From assembly GCA_965178125.1 (NCBI GenBank), contig OZ237746.1:124001-188000 (forward strand): a stretch of 64,000 nt of DNA, given 5' to 3'. The translations under genes and the position numbers were made by a program. Of this stretch, positions 60,501 through 64,000 are shown piece by piece. The stretch comes from Bilabrum cf. latius. Its lineage: Eukaryota. How positions within the stretch are numbered: the stretch's first letter is position 1; each line of letters opens with the position of its first letter. The notes beneath the pieces are model-generated. The model saw only the letters and a program-made list of their open reading frames with translations. It ran no database searches and was not told the origin of the DNA.

Positions 60501-63500
60501 CGAAGAAATCCCGCTGAACGAGGAGGACATTAGGGCCATTGCCGCTGTGCCCGTCGTGCAGGACCTGGAGGACGTGCTTGGCTCCATCCGTACCCGGTAG
60601 CAGGCAGCCATGCGCCGCAGCCAGGCGCAGGCAGAAGCCCAACGTGCTGCGGCTGCGCCTGACAGCAGGGATACTCTCGGCGATGAGGGGCTCCCCAGTG
60701 CAGCTGGAGGTCGTGCCGCCGCTGCTGACTTGGCAGGGTTCGGCGGTCTGTCGGGGTCGATGGACGCGAGCGGAGCCCACCGCGGCCTTGGCGGCAGTGC
60801 AGTGCACCCTGGCCTGGCGCCCATCATCGGGGGCAATCGCACCAGGGATGTGCGTGCTCTGGGCCACTCGGTCGGGTTTGCTTCGTCCCCGAAGAAGGCG
60901 GAAGCGGGAGGCGCGGGCCATCGCGACAGGGCAGGCAGTGACGAGTCCAAGAGCAGCAGCAGGCGCAGCAGCACCAGCAGGAAGAGGGGAGAGATGAGGA
61001 CTTCTAGGCACGACCAGCTCGCCGCTGCCATTGCCACCTGCAACTCTGCGCTAGCACGGCCGCTCAGGCAGCAGCGCAAGCCGGGCATCATCCCCGTGCG
61101 CGTGCTCGGGGTGGACAAGCTCATCGTGGGGAGCTGCCAGCGGGTCATGATCAGGGAGGTGCCGACGTTCTACGTGCTGCGCTACAATGCATTGCACTAT
61201 AGAATTCGGGACGACCACCACAGCGACACTGTGAGCGAGGCTGGGCACAGGTCGGTGAGCGGTGACCCGCGCTCGGCACCAGGAAGCGCCCCCGGCAAGC
61301 GCAGGGCCTCCAGCAGCTCCCAAGCATCCCATTCCATGGCGAGAAACCAGATGGGGATGCAGCCGAGCTCATCGCCAGCCAATTTCCCAAGAGCTAGGTC
61401 CCAGCCGCTGGTGAGCCGATACAGCAGCGGTGCGTGGAATGCCCGCACAATGTCCAAGCAGTCCGCGGCCTCGTTCACTGGCATTGAGGACGGCCTGCCC
61501 GGGCACCCTATAATTGCTGGGATGGATCGCGACTCGCCTTCGTCCTCGGTGGCAGAGGGCCCGCAGCCAATCCCAAGGCGTCTTGCGGGAATCCCGGACA
61601 GGGACGAGTCGAAGAGCAGCGAACTGCCAGCAGACTCTCTGATGGCGGTGCAGGTTCACGGGGAGCCAACCGATGGCGATCTGGCGGTAGGAGTGCGCCG
61701 CACCGACAGCATGAGCCAGAGCAAAGACGACGAGGAGGGAGATGACGACGAGGACGACCTCCTGGGTGACCTCGACGACGGCGAGGACGAGGAGGGGGGC
61801 GCAACAGGAAGCAAAGAGGATCTTGAAACAAAGGAGCAGTCACGAGGCGACGCTGACATGGAACAGGCCGCGCGTGATGAGAAGGACGCCGATCCTGTGC
61901 CGAGTGATGTATCAGTCAGAGGCACTGAGGCGCGAGAGCGGCCCTTGAACAGCAGCGATGAGGGCGATACTTCTCCCAGGAGCTTGGCTCGCGCCGGTGC
62001 CGTCGTACACGAGGACCAGGGCAAGCAGCTAAAGGCGCCCGAAATGGGCAAAACAGAGCCTAACCCATCGGTCCAGCCACCCGCCAAGGGCAACCTCCGC
62101 AAGTAGGTGTCTATGGGGCGCGGCATCCTCAAGTCGGGGGGCAAGCAGTCGCGGGCGGGGTCGCATCCACCGCTCAGCAGGGGCCGCTCGTCGAACGCAA
62201 TCGGGAACGCCGACGATCGCACGCAGTTGCAGCACCAGCAATACATGCCGCCTGCTCTCGACTCCGGGACAGACCTCGATGGCAATGCGTCGATGCACTC
62301 GGGCACTGTCAGCTTCAAGGATGGGGCGAACCAAGTGGTCGTTATCGACGCCGCGGGAAAGAGCAGGAGCTTCCACAGCGGCACAGGCTCCACCCGATCC
62401 ACCATCGCCAGGATCCACCAGCTGTCCCAGGGGGCGGTGGAGCCAGAGATCCGCTCCATCCGGATCGTTCTCCTGGTGCTGGCAGTTGCTGTCCTTGCCC
62501 TTGGAGTTGGCATCGTGCTCTACATCCGCAACGTGGTGTCCCAGATTGGGAACAACTCGGCCTCCGTGTGGATTGCGGGGCAGAGGCGGAGGGCCATGCA
62601 GACGGGCATCGATGCCGTGCTCTGGATGAGCTTCCAGACCTTTGACGCAAACGGCACGGTGACGGGAGCGTCGAGCGTGCTCGACTCGATCGAAGACACC
62701 GTCCGCAGGCTGCAGGTCGACAGGGTGGCCACCGACATGGAGCTGCACCGCCTGCTAGAGGGCGCTGGAGGGCTGCCAGTGGATGCTACCGCTTCCATGC
62801 TGGAGGAAATGCTACCAGAACAGGTTGCTCCGAGTGACCTGCTTGCCGGTCAATCGGAAGCGAAGCCTCGCCGCAAGCTGCAGTACAGCACCAGCGCCGA
62901 GACAGCCCTCATGGCCAGCAATGGGAGAGGCGCGCTGGAGCTGCTTCGGCTGATATCGGACGAGATGCAGATCGCGCAGGCAAAGCTGTTCGAGCTGCAG
63001 ACGGATGCAAAGGTGGGAGAGTTCGAGGGCGATTTCCGCACGGCCATGCGGCTGCCGCAGCAGGCGGGCGGCGGCACCATCTACGTGCCGCTCATCCAGC
63101 ACGTGCAGGAGATCGTCGCTGCCATGCGGAGGATCTCCCGGCTGGACCCCCAGAACATCACGGTGTCCCAGCGCGACGTCCTCTTCTTGAGCCTCAACTC
63201 TGAGGTGTGGGACATGGCCATGGGGCACTCTTTGGAGATGAGGTACGTAGTGTTCGCCGCTGTGTTCCCCAGAACCGTGCAGGAGGTGGTGATCTTCGGG
63301 GCGGCGGTGTTTATCGTGTACAATCTCCTGGGGTCCATCGTGTTCGCGAGGCTGTCCACGAGGCTGGGCAGCAAGGTGCGCAACGTGCTGCAGACCTTCT
63401 TGCTGCTGCCCCGCTCCACCGCTCGAAGGCTTGCAAACCGCTCCCAGAGGCAGCTCAACAAGGTGCTGAGGGAGATCAACAGCGAGCTCATGTCCGACTC

Positions 63501-64000
63501 TGAGGAGGAGAGCGACGACGATGACGCGGACGACGTGAACTCCGTCAACGGCGCCGGGGGCGAGTCCAGCTCGGTGCAGCTGGTGCAGGCGCGGGCTGCG
63601 CCTGGTCGGCGGCAGGACTCGACCACCCAGCTGCTGCACAACAAGGAGACCAGCTCGGATCGGAGCCTCCTCGCCAAGTCGTTGGGACAGGCGGACGACG
63701 GCAGGAAAATCGTCCAAAGCGGCTCCGAGTCCAACCTTGCCGTTGGCAAAGCAGCCGCCGCGCACGGGAGCTAGCCGGCAGCACCAGGCGCGGGCAAATC
63801 GACCCGTTCCTTCGGGTCTCGCCGCAGCCGCAACTCGAGGTGGTCCTCCCGCCGAGCCAGAGAAGCAGCCCTCGTGAAGGCCATGGCAAACCTCAGGGAA
63901 CACACAGACAGCTCCCAGTTCGTGCTCCGGTCCACCGCCTGGCTGCTGCTGCCCATCCTGCTGGTGCTCGGCTTCATCCTCTTCTTCGTGTTCTGGCAGC
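57567..64000 (+). CDS. Multi-pass membrane protein with PAS domain, TmcB/TmcC (tiny macrocysts)-like; partial (TAG=Gln; introns 57726-57823, 59361-59548)
   Basis: An N-terminal TM bundle and a TPR-like helical region are followed by a PAS domain (SASRLFGYGAQQLLGQNVAVIVPPPI...VFGQRKSGEIFP) and further TMs. About 9 TAGs; runs off the window. Confidence 0.8.

Noticed and set aside
6441-63774. Mass pseudogenisation by C-to-T mutation (RIP or deamination), or sequencing error, as the source of the TAGs
   Set aside because: There are no accompanying in-frame TAA/TGA or frameshifts, catalytic motifs and splice sites are intact, and housekeeping genes are affected on both strands. U-to-C mRNA editing cannot be excluded from DNA alone but is less parsimonious.

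Overview
This is gene-dense, GC-rich eukaryotic nuclear DNA, probably from a protist, with short GT-AG introns of about 85-190 nt. The main result is a non-standard genetic code: TAG is read as a sense codon, almost certainly glutamine, while TAA and TGA remain stops. The supplied ORF track is fragmented because it stops at TAG. Reading TAG as Gln joins the fragments into about 15 coherent genes. By hand count these contain roughly 90-100 in-frame TAGs and no in-frame TAA or TGA, and all complete genes end in TGA or TAA. In window order the contents are: a DIRS/Ngaro-like retrotransposon (gag-like ORF plus RT) that also uses TAG=Gln; a polycystin/PKD2 fragment; an FG-GAP repeat membrane protein; a BRCT-PNKP-like protein; an HTH/poly-Q protein; a SPIRAL1/Jupiter-like protein; an LRR protein; a C2H2 zinc-finger protein; PEX11; an FHA kinase; tRNA-Ser(GCT); two inverted mosaic LRR paralogues flanking a secreted beta-helix protein and a receiver-domain fragment; an unknown helical protein; a 41-bp minisatellite; YIPF6; an MFSD13A-like transporter; and a TmcB-like PAS membrane protein that runs off the right edge. 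All gene models, counts and family calls come from manual reading and motif recognition, with no database searches.
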